Shown here: one piece after another, positions 34,841-45,200 of the stretch | How positions within the stretch are numbered: the first letter of the stretch is position 1 | Layout: the number at the start of each line of letters is the position of its first letter | IMG/VR virus record: IMGVR_UViG_3300049855_000194 | Span: 1 to 51,109 of that record | DNA: 51,109 nt | Direction: 5' to 3' (one strand) | From: a virus | Taxonomy: Duplodnaviria; Caudoviricetes | Notes under the pieces: generated by a model | Seen by the model: only the letters and a program-made list of their open reading frames with translations | Databases searched by the model: none | Told to the model about the DNA's origin: nothing | Translations under genes and position numbers: made by a program

Positions 34841-36384
34841 ACGAGACAGCAATAGAGGTAGTGATAGAGAGTGCGATCTCAGCTATCCTTAAAGATGCTC
34901 TAAGTGAACTACCTAGCCACGTACATACTGAGATATTTAATGTAGCAAGGGAATCCAACACTACTGTATCTGAACGCCCCGTTCTTCCAGGAGAAGAAGA
35001 CGAGGGCTTTCTGCCGTTCACAATGAACTATAACGGCGCCTATTACACAAGCATACAAGAGCTTGAAAAGATACGCGATGTAAGCAGGCTATTGTCCGCA
35101 TCTAATGAGATATATAAGAACTGCTTAAAACACTATTGTAACTACGTAGTTGGCGAAGCTCTTTCTTACCAGCTAATTCCAACAGACATCCAGGCTAATC
35201 CTGCTAATCTATTGAAGTATGCTAGTTCTAGCGAGCAAGATAAAGACATAGTTAAGCTGCTAACTAACTGGAAGATGTTCTGTGAAAAGAACAACATGGA
35301 CGCCCGGTGCCAAGACTGGGTTAAGCGCGTTCATCGAGATGGTGAAGTGCTCTTACGTATCTTTGACAAGCCAGATATTCCCATTGTAAGATTCGTATAC
35401 CCCGACTTTTTAGAAGGAAACACAGATGCTGAATTCGGTATTAGCTACGAGCCTGGAGACAACGAAACAGCTATATCGTACCGCGTACGCTACCCGTCTG
35501 AAAGCAGTGCTTCAAGTATCAAAGCATCTGAGATCATCCACGACAAACGTAATGTGGACTTTGAAAGTGCTAGAGGACTTCCTACTTGTTATGCTGTTAT
35601 TAGCAATCTACGAAGGCTCGATAAGCTACTTGTCAACGTATCTGTCCTAGCACAAATACAGTCAGCAATAGCTCTAATTCGTAAGCACGAGAATTCTTCT
35701 CAAGCACAAGTTAATCGTTTCCTAGATAAGAAAACAACTAAGAGTGCTCCAGATCTTATAACTGGTAATTCCTATCGCAAGCAGACGATGCGTGCGGGTA
35801 CAATCTTAGATGCTCCTAAAGGCACTAGCTACGATTTTCCCGCACACTCTGTAGATGTTAAGAACTTTGTTGCTGTAATAGACAAAGAGTTAGCTCACGT
35901 AGCGGCAGCATTTGTACAACCAGTAAGCTGGTTGCTATGCGAAGAAGCACCAGAGCCTATAAACCCCGGCTCACCTACCATAGCTAATATCCTATCAGAG
36001 CGCTTGCTACTCTATACACATCTAGAAACCTTGTTCTGGAAAGTTCAAGAGATGATGGGGGTTAAGAAGATAAACAAGCTACGAGAACGACTAAAGCTTG
36101 TTATCGAAGGACCAGATATTCCGGTTGCAAAGGCAGTCGATCAGGCTAGAATAGATGAGATTTATATCCGTAACGGTGCGACTTGTCCACAGGAAGTTGC
36201 AGCACGCAAAGGATGGAACTACTACTCCAACAGAGTAAACACAATTCGCCACAGGCTAACAAAGATGCCTGGAGAGCAGATGCCTGGAGATGCTGGTAAC
36301 ACTGACACTTCTGGCGATGGCGTTACCAAGACAGATGGAGGCGTTAAATCTCTCGGATCAACGGGCGGCAACACTAAGGTATGA
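34837..36384 (+). CDS. Portal protein
   Basis: Position and size; YVVG, RDGEVLLR, EIIH, RGLP motifs. Confidence 0.85.
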   Translation: MNETAIEVVIESAISAILKDALSELPSHVHTEIFNVARESNTTVSERPVLPGEEDEGFLPFTMNYNGAYYTSIQELEKIRDVSRLLSASNEIYKNCLKHYCNYVVGEALSYQLIPTDIQANPANLLKYASSSEQDKDIVKLLTNWKMFCEKNNMDARCQDWVKRVHRDGEVLLRIFDKPDIPIVRFVYPDFLEGNTDAEFGISYEPGDNETAISYRVRYPSESSASSIKASEIIHDKRNVDFESARGLPTCYAVISNLRRLDKLLVNVSVLAQIQSAIALIRKHENSSQAQVNRFLDKKTTKSAPDLITGNSYRKQTMRAGTILDAPKGTSYDFPAHSVDVKNFVAVIDKELAHVAAAFVQPVSWLLCEEAPEPINPGSPTIANILSERLLLYTHLETLFWKVQEMMGVKKINKLRERLKLVIEGPDIPVAKAVDQARIDEIYIRNGATCPQEVAARKGWNYYSNRVNTIRHRLTKMPGEQMPGDAGNTDTSGDGVTKTDGGVKSLGSTGGNTKV

Positions 36385-36385
36385 G

Positions 36386-36781
36386 ATGGAAACCCTACTG
36401 CTAGTCGCAAAAGAATTCGGTCCACACGTAATTCTTATACTTTTTATCCTATATAGAGATCATCGTCGAGAACAGCAACAGAATCAGACAATTCTACACC
36501 TCTTTAAAATAGTTCTACGCGTTGTTAATGGCTATAACACTACTTCTAATAAAGTATCTGATGCCCTAAACAACAACGTAAAGCTTATAAAAATAATCTA
36601 TAAAGAGCTTGTAAAAAATAAAACAGTACAGACAGCTGGTAATACAGCAATGCATCATGCCAACGAGGACTCTGAGTCTGATCTACATCCTACAGTAGAT
36701 GCGGCCACATTCATAGATCCCGATGAATTGAATGTAAACTTCGACTTCTTCCCAACACTTAATAAGGAAAAACAACAATGA
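36386..36781 (+). CDS. Holin-like protein with a single transmembrane segment (start corrected to METLLL)
   Basis: EFGPHVILILFILYRDHRRE followed by a coiled coil, like BhlA/UviB-type holins. Confidence 0.45.
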   Translation: METLLLVAKEFGPHVILILFILYRDHRREQQQNQTILHLFKIVLRVVNGYNTTSNKVSDALNNNVKLIKIIYKELVKNKTVQTAGNTAMHHANEDSESDLHPTVDAATFIDPDELNVNFDFFPTLNKEKQQ

Positions 36782-37809
36782 GCATGGTACGTACAGTAGA
36801 AAAGCTTCTATCTATAGAAGCTAAAGGCAGTAGTTATAGGGTTTCTAAGGAAGGAATCCTTAAAGACGTACATATCCTAGGATATGTTTCTGCCAATGGT
36901 GGGGAGTACACTGCGGAAGCTATGCAAGCCGCGGCGTCTACATATGTAGACGTAGAGATGTATATGAACCATGACTTTGAAGATGTACAACGTAACAACG
37001 GAGCTAGCGATAAGATAGCTTACATCCTAGAAGCTAAGTACAAGGAGGGTGCTGGACTTGTCGGTGACATCCAATTTAATACAGGGCATCCATATTTTGA
37101 AGCAGTGAAGTGGTGGGTAGAGAATCGCCCAGACATGCTAGGTTTATCGCATGTAGCTCCGACTCGTCGTGAAGGTACTAAGATTGTAGAGATAGGTAAG
37201 CCATACAGCGTAGATTTCGTAGACAAGCCAGCTACAACAAAAGGTATGTTCGCTGTAGCTACGGAAGGTATCATAAGCGACACAATCAAGAAAGATATGG
37301 TCCAGCATATCTGGAACGCTCTGAATACGCAATACTACACATTGGCTTACCCGATGAATAGTTCTCCATTGACTCAAGAAGAGATGGCTGTAAAATTAGT
37401 CTCACTACTAAAAGATGCCTCTTCAGAGTTGAAAGGCATAACTACATCTAAGGAATCCATTATGGATTATACAAAACTTACACTAGAGAATCTTAGCGAG
37501 AATCGCAAGGATCTTATTCAAGCAATCCAGAAAGAAGCTGTAGAGGCTCACTTAGCTATCGAAGCTAAAGTAACTGAAGCTGTCAAAGATTTGGACGCCG
37601 TCGCAAACACTGAAGTGTTTCGTACAGTCGTTCGTGAATCTGTAGTCGCTGGAAAGGATGTAACAGCGCTTGTAGCAGACCGTAAGGCTGTAACAACTGT
37701 TATTCGTTCCGAAGGCCTAGGCAGCAAACAGACTAAAGAAGAGACTCCAGCACCCAAGACTGCCTTCGATGTTGTCTCGTTCGAGACAACTCTCCTAGGT
37801 AAAAAGTAA
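36778..37809 (+). CDS. Prohead protease / scaffold fusion
   Basis: SANG..Y, MNH, GLSH, SVDFVDKPAT; helical C-terminus. Confidence 0.75.
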   Translation: MSMVRTVEKLLSIEAKGSSYRVSKEGILKDVHILGYVSANGGEYTAEAMQAAASTYVDVEMYMNHDFEDVQRNNGASDKIAYILEAKYKEGAGLVGDIQFNTGHPYFEAVKWWVENRPDMLGLSHVAPTRREGTKIVEIGKPYSVDFVDKPATTKGMFAVATEGIISDTIKKDMVQHIWNALNTQYYTLAYPMNSSPLTQEEMAVKLVSLLKDASSELKGITTSKESIMDYTKLTLENLSENRKDLIQAIQKEAVEAHLAIEAKVTEAVKDLDAVANTEVFRTVVRESVVAGKDVTALVADRKAVTTVIRSEGLGSKQTKEETPAPKTAFDVVSFETTLLGKK

Positions 37810-37833
37810 TAACCCTATATAAAGGATATATAA

Positions 37834-38307
37834 ATGAGTAACGTTCATCGTACAGGTCCTGTGGACATCATCACGGTTGCGGTTCCGCTTACCAGTAATG
37901 TTCCTACAAATTCAATCGCTATGGGTACTCCGGTAGCGCTAGTCGCGGGCAGCCCAATTCCTGCGGTAGCTTTCACATGGACAACCGATCTAGCTACTAC
38001 GCAAACTAACTTTGCCGCTGCCTTCTTTGGTATCAGTGAAAGCCGCTCGATTGCTGGTAGCACAGATGTACGCAACAATCAAGTAGCTATCAATATGGAT
38101 GGCACTTACGAGTTCGACGTAACCACTGGCACTGACTTTGCTGTCGGACAGTTTATCGGTTGCTCCAAAGGTGTAGGCAATAACCTCATCGATACCGTTG
38201 AAGTTGTACCTACAAAAGCACGCGCCATCGCAGTAGTGGTAGAAGATACCGCTGCCGGTGCTCTCAAAGTCCGCGCCCGCCTAGTCAACACCCTCTTCAA
38301 GCGCTAA
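37834..38307 (+). CDS. Head decoration / capsid cement protein
   Basis: Size, composition and position directly before the major capsid gene. Confidence 0.6.
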   Translation: MSNVHRTGPVDIITVAVPLTSNVPTNSIAMGTPVALVAGSPIPAVAFTWTTDLATTQTNFAAAFFGISESRSIAGSTDVRNNQVAINMDGTYEFDVTTGTDFAVGQFIGCSKGVGNNLIDTVEVVPTKARAIAVVVEDTAAGALKVRARLVNTLFKR

Positions 38308-38334
38308 TAGCGTTATAACATAAAGGAACTATAG

Positions 38335-39501
38335 ATGGAAAAGATCAAGCTAATTACTGCGTTTGAGTCTGTAAAGACTACAGCAGATATGCTGGCTGCC
38401 GAAGCTAAGGTAGTAGCTCTCATCAAGGATAAGAAGATCCTTCCGGATCAGATCTCTATCCGCGATGTGTTTGAATCCTGCTTCGGTAGCAAAGCTATCG
38501 CTGGTCTAATGGAAGGCACCGACTCCAGTCGCTTCCTAGCTCGTGAAGCTGTTGCACCTGTAAATCTATCAGCCTTCACCAACATCACTGGTAACCTGCT
38601 ATTTGAAGCCGGTGTAGAAGCCTACAAGGCTGCCATGCCCGTAGGTGATAGCTTAGTTACAGCGGAAACAAGCCGCCGTGATGGGGGGCGCGACATCGGC
38701 CTAGCTCTAATCGATGATGATGCTATGATTGTAGAAGAGGGTGAAGAGTATCCAGATGCTCGTTACGGTGAAGATTATGTCGACATTCCGACTTCAAAGA
38801 AGCGCGGTTTGAAGATTGGTCTAACACGCGAAGTTATCTTCTTTGATGAAACTGCACAGGTTCTAACTCGTGCGCGTGAAATCAGCGAACGTCTAGGCAC
38901 CAATAAGGAGAAGCGCATTCTTCGTATGGTTCTAGGTGTAGATAACAACTATAAGCGCAATGGTGTTGCTCTCAATACCTACACTGGTGCAGGCAACCGT
39001 ATCAATCTCAAGGGCACCACAGCTTTGGTCGATTGGACCTCGCTAGATGCTGCTGAGCAGATGTTTGCAGATATGAAGGATGACCGCGTTAATCCAGAGC
39101 CAGTCGATGTGCAGCCTAACACAATCCTTGTACCCAAGGAACTAAGCTGGACAGCTCGTCGTATCTTCACTGCTACAGAGTTGCGTACTGGTACGAATGG
39201 TGGTAACACACAGACGTATTCGCCGAACATGCTAACTCAGACAGCCACAGTTACCACACCGTGGTTCAAGAAGATTCTAACCGATGCTGGCGTCGCTGCT
39301 AACGTTGCTAGTGCTCGTTGGTATTATGGGGACTTCAAGCGTGCATTCCGTTATCGCACGCTCTTCCCGTTCCAGTTCATCTCTGCCAGCCACGACAAGG
39401 ATGAATTCGAGCGTGATGTTGTCGCTCAGTTCCGTGTTAGCGAACGTGGTGTACCGCGTGTAGTCGCGCCGTGGTACGTTGGTCAGTTTAACGCTGCCTA
39501 A
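38335..39501 (+). CDS. Major capsid protein (Mu gpT-like, HK97 fold)
   Basis: VEEGEEYP, KRGLKIGLTREVIFFD, PNTILVPKEL, WYYGD; followed by a terminator. Confidence 0.85.
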   Translation: MEKIKLITAFESVKTTADMLAAEAKVVALIKDKKILPDQISIRDVFESCFGSKAIAGLMEGTDSSRFLAREAVAPVNLSAFTNITGNLLFEAGVEAYKAAMPVGDSLVTAETSRRDGGRDIGLALIDDDAMIVEEGEEYPDARYGEDYVDIPTSKKRGLKIGLTREVIFFDETAQVLTRAREISERLGTNKEKRILRMVLGVDNNYKRNGVALNTYTGAGNRINLKGTTALVDWTSLDAAEQMFADMKDDRVNPEPVDVQPNTILVPKELSWTARRIFTATELRTGTNGGNTQTYSPNMLTQTATVTTPWFKKILTDAGVAANVASARWYYGDFKRAFRYRTLFPFQFISASHDKDEFERDVVAQFRVSERGVPRVVAPWYVGQFNAA

Positions 39502-39526
39502 TCAGTTTAAACTGTAGCTCACGATT

Positions 39527-39565
39527 AGCCTCCCTATCCTGTAAAGGTAGGGAGGCTTTTATTTT
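39527..39565 (+). terminator. Rho-independent terminator
   Basis: agcctcccta / tagggaggct followed by tttatttt. Confidence 0.8.
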
Positions 39566-39799
39566 ATGCCTTTATCACAAGAAGACCTAGTAGCTAAGCT
39601 CTATGAAGCTAGAGATAATCTAGTTCAGCAGAAGCTTGAAGCCACCCTAAAACCGAGGCCTAGCTACAACATAGACGGCCAAGAAGTTAAATGGACGGAG
39701 TATCTAAAGTACCTAGATTCCGCACTAAATAGTATACTAGCAACTATACAGAGCTACGAAGATCCCTACGAAGAAGAAACAGTAGTGAATACCGTATGA
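39566..39799 (+). CDS. Head-tail joining (adaptor) protein
   Basis: PSYNIDGQEVKW, gpW-like; position. Confidence 0.6.
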   Translation: MPLSQEDLVAKLYEARDNLVQQKLEATLKPRPSYNIDGQEVKWTEYLKYLDSALNSILATIQSYEDPYEEETVVNTV

Positions 39800-40200
39800 T
39801 ATTCGATCTAAAAGAGTGTATAAAAGATGACTATAAGATATTCGACAATATCTTTAAAGGTAAGATAATTCACGTTCTTAAAACTGCTAAGCCAGATTTC
39901 GTATCAGGCTCTATAAACAATCCAGTAATAGAGAAGGAAATAGAAGGATGTTTGTTTCGAGATAAGTCTGTTAGAAACGCTAGCTCGATTAAACAGACAA
40001 CCTCTCGTGACGCCTCTCTACAGAATGACATATTTTATAAGTCAGATCTTGTGGTCGAGATACCCTTCATAGCTGACCTAGCAATAGATGAAGGGGACAA
40101 GTTCGTAGACACTAGAGATAGTGTAGTATATAACATAGTCTCCGTAGACTATGTAACTCTCACCACACGTTTCCGCTGTGCCATAACTAGATTTAACTAA
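39796..40200 (+). CDS. Putative head closure protein
   Basis: Synteny; GDKFVD...YNIVSV. Confidence 0.5.
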   Translation: MIFDLKECIKDDYKIFDNIFKGKIIHVLKTAKPDFVSGSINNPVIEKEIEGCLFRDKSVRNASSIKQTTSRDASLQNDIFYKSDLVVEIPFIADLAIDEGDKFVDTRDSVVYNIVSVDYVTLTTRFRCAITRFN

Positions 40201-40643
40201 TGGCTAAGCTTTCTTTCCGAGGTAAGGTTATACTTGGAAACACACTCTCCATTTTTGCTGGGGAGTTTAGCAAGCATATACTTGAAGTAAGCCGTAAGCA
40301 AAAGAAACGCTTAGAAATTGTATGGGCTAGGAAACTTAAGAAGCTAGTTGCAGAGTTAGCAGAAGCTACTCCTGCATATACAGGCGCGGCTGCCGGTATA
40401 ACAGGTAATGCTAAAGTAGACGGCATACCTGCTTGGCATCCAGCATATGGAATGACGATAGGTAATCAACCTGGAGATACCGGTTGGCAGCTTAAGCAAG
40501 TTGAGCGAGACGGGCGGACGCTTTTTCAAATAACAAATCCAATGTGGAGGCTCTACCTAGTCTACGTTAATTCCTTTGGGATACACGCAGGATTTGTAGA
40601 GCGTGCATGGGAAGACTTTAAATCTAAAGAAGGTTTCAAATGA
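40200..40643 (+). CDS. Putative tail completion (neck) protein
   Basis: TPAYTG motif, HK97 gp10-like; synteny. Confidence 0.5.
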   Translation: MAKLSFRGKVILGNTLSIFAGEFSKHILEVSRKQKKRLEIVWARKLKKLVAELAEATPAYTGAAAGITGNAKVDGIPAWHPAYGMTIGNQPGDTGWQLKQVERDGRTLFQITNPMWRLYLVYVNSFGIHAGFVERAWEDFKSKEGFK

Positions 40644-41101
40644 GCGTACCTGACGATACAACATGCAAGCTAAAGCTCTGTAAAGAAATACAGGACGCCT
40701 ATCCAGATCTAATAATAGATATAAAAGGAATGCCCGCAGCAGAGAAGAAAGATGCAGAGCAATGGATCTCTATAGATCTACTAAATAGCTTAGAGCAAGC
40801 TTCTCAATCTATCGCAGGTAGTGATAAAACATTATTGTTTCAGCTAACCTGCTTCTCTAAGCATAGCGAATATAGAGAGGATAGAAAGTTCACAGGTCCA
40901 TGGGATTTAGCAAATCTGATGAAGCCATATATGCACAGGGCTAAATATATTATTGAAACATCTTGCTTAAAATTTTTAGACACTAAAATGATATACTTAG
41001 ACCTAAGATCAAGTGGCGACTTCGCCAAAGAGTCTTATCAAAACTCACCAATCTTACAGACGCATTGCGTCTTAATAACTTCAAGAGCTATAATAAGCTA
41101 G
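40640..41101 (+). CDS. Putative tail terminator protein
   Basis: Lies directly before the tail tube gene. Confidence 0.5.
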   Translation: MSVPDDTTCKLKLCKEIQDAYPDLIIDIKGMPAAEKKDAEQWISIDLLNSLEQASQSIAGSDKTLLFQLTCFSKHSEYREDRKFTGPWDLANLMKPYMHRAKYIIETSCLKFLDTKMIYLDLRSSGDFAKESYQNSPILQTHCVLITSRAIIS

Positions 41102-41111
41102 GAGGAATAAC

Positions 41112-41600
41112 ATGGCCACTACACGTAATCTACGCGATGGGCGCATCATAATCTTGGATGGCTCTGGCACCGCCAAGACACTGACAATCCCTATTTCAGA
41201 AGGTGACTTTGCCTTCACTATTAATCGTCCAACATTCATCGTTATGAATCGCGGTAAGATCGATAGCCGCAAGCAAGGTGATGAAGTTCCTGTCGACTTG
41301 AGCTTCAGCATCAAGTTCGAGCAGTGGGCTTACTCAAATGGTAACACAGGTATGAGCGTTCCAGACGTTCTGCAGGGTATCAACCTAGCTAACGATTGGA
41401 TCTCTACAGATGGCTGCGGACCTTATGCGGTTGACATTAAGTTTGAAGTCGATAATCCTTGCGATCCAGGTAAGAAAGAAGTTCTAGTGTTTGGTAAGTT
41501 CACTGCCGATACGCTGAGTTTCAAGGAAGGCAGCGAATACAACTCGATCTCTGTGTCTGGTAAGGCTCTACAGCAGCTGCCGACTCGTACGTACGTCTAA
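41112..41600 (+). CDS. Major tail tube protein
   Basis: Strong AGGAGG Shine-Dalgarno; beta-rich; precedes the chaperone and tape measure genes. Confidence 0.7.
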   Translation: MATTRNLRDGRIIILDGSGTAKTLTIPISEGDFAFTINRPTFIVMNRGKIDSRKQGDEVPVDLSFSIKFEQWAYSNGNTGMSVPDVLQGINLANDWISTDGCGPYAVDIKFEVDNPCDPGKKEVLVFGKFTADTLSFKEGSEYNSISVSGKALQQLPTRTYV

Positions 41601-41611
41601 TAGGGTATAAA

Positions 41612-42064
41612 ATGAAGTTTAAGAGCGTGACCTTAAACCTTCGTGAAGTAACTACAGTAAAGATACGCAACGATTTAACCCTAAAGGTTGGATCGTTGCG
41701 TATGGGTATTGAACGGGACTTCCAAAGGATATGGAGTAAACCAACTCCACCCGTCAAAGAGATAACTCGTGTTGGACAGCCATCCATACGAGATGTGAAT
41801 CATGATGATCCTGCTTACGTTAAAGCGTTTGAGGACTGGATGTATCACAAAACAATTTATTACTTCTATGTGGCGACAGCTGGGCTAGATCCAGACCTAT
41901 CCTATGAGAATGATTGCAACTCCATAGACAGTATCCAAGCATTCGCTAGCGAGCTTAAAGCAGCTGGCATAAATGACTTTGATATTGGTAAAGTTGTACG
42001 GGGATCAACCCTCATCTCCACTGTTTCTGACGACGACGTAGAAGACGCTAAAAAAAGTTTTTAG
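41612..42064 (+). CDS. Tail assembly chaperone (gpG-like)
   Basis: Ends in slippery AAAAAAAGTTTTTAG. Confidence 0.7.
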   Translation: MKFKSVTLNLREVTTVKIRNDLTLKVGSLRMGIERDFQRIWSKPTPPVKEITRVGQPSIRDVNHDDPAYVKAFEDWMYHKTIYYFYVATAGLDPDLSYENDCNSIDSIQAFASELKAAGINDFDIGKVVRGSTLISTVSDDDVEDAKKSF

Positions 42065-42294
42065 TAGAGCTTGACGAAGTAGACGCTAAGATTTCTCACG
42101 CAAAGGTAAGTAAGCTACCGCTTGGCAGAACCTCTCAATATACAATGTATCGTATATGTGAAAGGTTCGGTAAGTGGCCTTATGAATGGGAGAACTTAGA
42201 TCGACAAGCCGCCGCCAACCTAATAGCTTACCACGACATACGTCGTAGAGAAGAAGTAGAGGACTATAGCAATGCCAAGGGGAGCCTATTCTGA
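42055..42294 (+). CDS. -1 frameshift extension of the tail chaperone (gpGT-like)
   Basis: Open -1 frame KFLVELDEVD...ICERFGKWPYEWENL...GSLF fills the gap to the tape measure gene. Confidence 0.75.
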   Translation, partial: KFLVELDEVDAKISHAKVSKLPLGRTSQYTMYRICERFGKWPYEWENLDRQAAANLIAYHDIRRREEVEDYSNAKGSLF

Positions 42295-45200
42295 CGCCGA
42301 AACAAAGGCGATTATTGAGATAGCCTTAGAGGATAGGGATTTCCGTAGCAGCGTTAAGGCACTAGCTGACTATGCAGGTACAAGCACAGCTAGTATACTT
42401 ACAGCTATAAAAGGAATAGAGAAGGGCCACGCCGATCTAGCTAAGTCTCTAGAGAAGCAGCAAGCCGCACAGTTGGACGCAATTGATGAAGAAGCAGCGG
42501 CGATGCAAAAAGCATTCCGTGAGCTAGAGGCAATAAAAGCCGGACGCCTACGCCAGCTAGCAGAGATAAATGCTGCCGTAAAGAAGCAGTCAGACGATGA
42601 GATTCAGCGTGCTCAAGCCAATGCAACTATCAAAGGCACTCTCAAGAAAAAAGAGAGTACTGAGATAATTCGTATCGACAATGATACCTGGAAGAAGATA
42701 ACTGTTAACGCTAAGAAAGAGCAAGAGCTACAGAAAGCCCTAGCCGTTAAAGCAGCTATAGATGAAGCTAATGCTATACGCAAGATCAAAGCTGACTTAG
42801 CTAGGGCAGCTTTACAAGATCACAGACAATACCTTAAGGAGGAACTAGAAGCTAGAAAAGCCGCTATAGCGGCTTCAGAGAAAGTTCTAAAAGAACAAGA
42901 AGTTGCGATTAGTGAAAGGAATAGACGTATATCCTCATCTCTACGAGTAGGAGCTGGTGTAGCTGGGGCACTTGGGCAGTATCAAGCAGCAGGAGCGCTT
43001 TACGGAGCAGCGAATGCAACCGGACTCCTAGGTAGTGTAGGCGTAAGCACAACAGCCCTAGCGGTTGGTGGCGGTGCTGCTGTTATAGGAGCCGGTCTAG
43101 CTGCTGCATACTACCAAGCTGAAAAGTTCAATGTAGCTTTACATGATACCGCCACTCTATTAACAGAGCTAGGCCCAGGCACGCAAGAGTTTGCTGATGG
43201 GCTTGCTCTAGTTCGTGAGGCTGCACTAAATGTATCTGACAACTTAAACATTGGAGTTATAGATACACTCAAATCCTTTAAAGCTGCCTTATCAAGCGGT
43301 ATAGATTACCGTGATCTAGAGCAATTCGCTACTGCAATAGGTACATTCAGTAAAGCTACCGGGGCAGATCTAGAGAAAACTACAGATCTATTTACCTCAT
43401 TTAAAGATAACTACGGCCTCACCGTAAATGAAATGGGCGTTCTATCTGATCGACTATTTAACGTTATCGACGTTGGTAAAGTTAATGTAGAGGCGATGAT
43501 CGCTAATCTAGGTCGAGTCCTACCCACTGCAACAGCGGCTGGTGTAGGTGTTAAAGATTTGACGGGAGCTTTTGCTACACTCACAAGAACTATGAAGCCT
43601 TCACAGGCTACTACTGCACTTACGAATCTAATTCGTGGCATATCCAACCCATCTAAAGAAGCGGCAAAAGAGTTCGATAGACTAGGTATAGCGTATGGAA
43701 CAGCTGCATTTAAAGGTAAGAATTTCTCCGATGTAATTAGTGAGATATTCAGAAAAACCGGCGGTGACTTAACTAAGTTAGGAGATATATTCGAAGATCA
43801 ATTCTCCGTTCGTGGTGCGGCGGCACTTACAGGTAATCTAGACCTGCTAGATAAGAACACTGCTGCCATTGATAAATTTGGAACTGCCGTTTTAGCTGCC
43901 GGGGTCAAACAAGATACACTGTTTGGCAAGGTTAGCAAAGACGCTAACGAAGCATATAACTCCATACTTCGTCTAGTTAATAGTGAAGGCTTGGGCCGCT
44001 TCTATGATAAGATGAAGCGTGGTTTCAATACCGCTTATAGTCCCAATTCTTCCAGGGATGCATCAATAAAAGATCGCTTAGCAGATCCAAATACAATGTA
44101 CGCTGACAATGAGGCAGATAGCCAGTTGAAAGCTATGGATTTATCTGTACAGAAGATTCTCAGTCAGTTCTCGGAGAAGTACATAAACGGAACTTCCGCT
44201 GAAGTAGATAAATTACTTACTGCGGGTAATCTTAAGGCCATCCAAGACTTCTTCAAGAGTGCAGAGGAGTCGGATAAGTACTTCGCTTCACTAGAACGCC
44301 AACGTATTGAGAAGCTACTAAGTATGGCAGGTTTCACTCCTGTGGCTTATGACAGCGCACTAAAGCCTAAGCCTAACACTAAAGCGGATAAGCTCCGTAG
44401 TAAGGAAGTAGACCTGCGTGTTACTGATGACCAATTAGATCAACTTCGTGAACTACGTACAGACGTAACAACCTCTGTAGAAGATTTAGATAACGCAGTA
44501 GCTGCATATGCTAACGAGTTAGGTAAACAATTTATACCCCTACAACAAGAGCTGGATACAACCAAGGCCAAAATAACGACTCTACAGGAAGAGTTCGATA
44601 AAGAAACTAATCCAGGTAAGCGTAATAAAATACGTGAAGAACTTGTGTACAATGAGCTACTATTTGAGGAAGCTAAGAAGAAGTATGCCCTAGAAAAAGA
44701 GAACTACGAAAAGAGCAAGGCAGAGTTTAAAAAGAGTGAAGAGAGTAAGATAGATATTGCAAAGAAAGCTCTAGCTGATTATGAGAACGAGATCCTCAAG
44801 CAGAAGACTCGTAAAGAGGAAGCAGCTAACGATAAGAAAGTTAAGGACGCAGAAGCTACAGAGAAGAAGATATATGGAATAATAAAGAAAGCTGATGATA
44901 AGCTCAGGGCGCTACAGAATCAGAAAGATGATCTCTTACAGAAGCAACGAGAAGCTAATGTAAAGAGGACATCTAAGTACATAGATGAAGACTACGAAGA
45001 CGCTAAGCGCGGCGCAGGGGAAGTAGGAGATGCCGGTAATAGTAAGATAAATAAACGTAAACTACAAGCAGCTAAAGAAGACCTAAAGAGGGCTTCTAGC
45101 GGTGGAGATTACGCAGAGTATCGACGTGCATTAGATCGCTTGGAAGAAGCTTACGGAAACTACAAGCAATCTGCCATAGCCAATGGTGCTAATCCTAACC

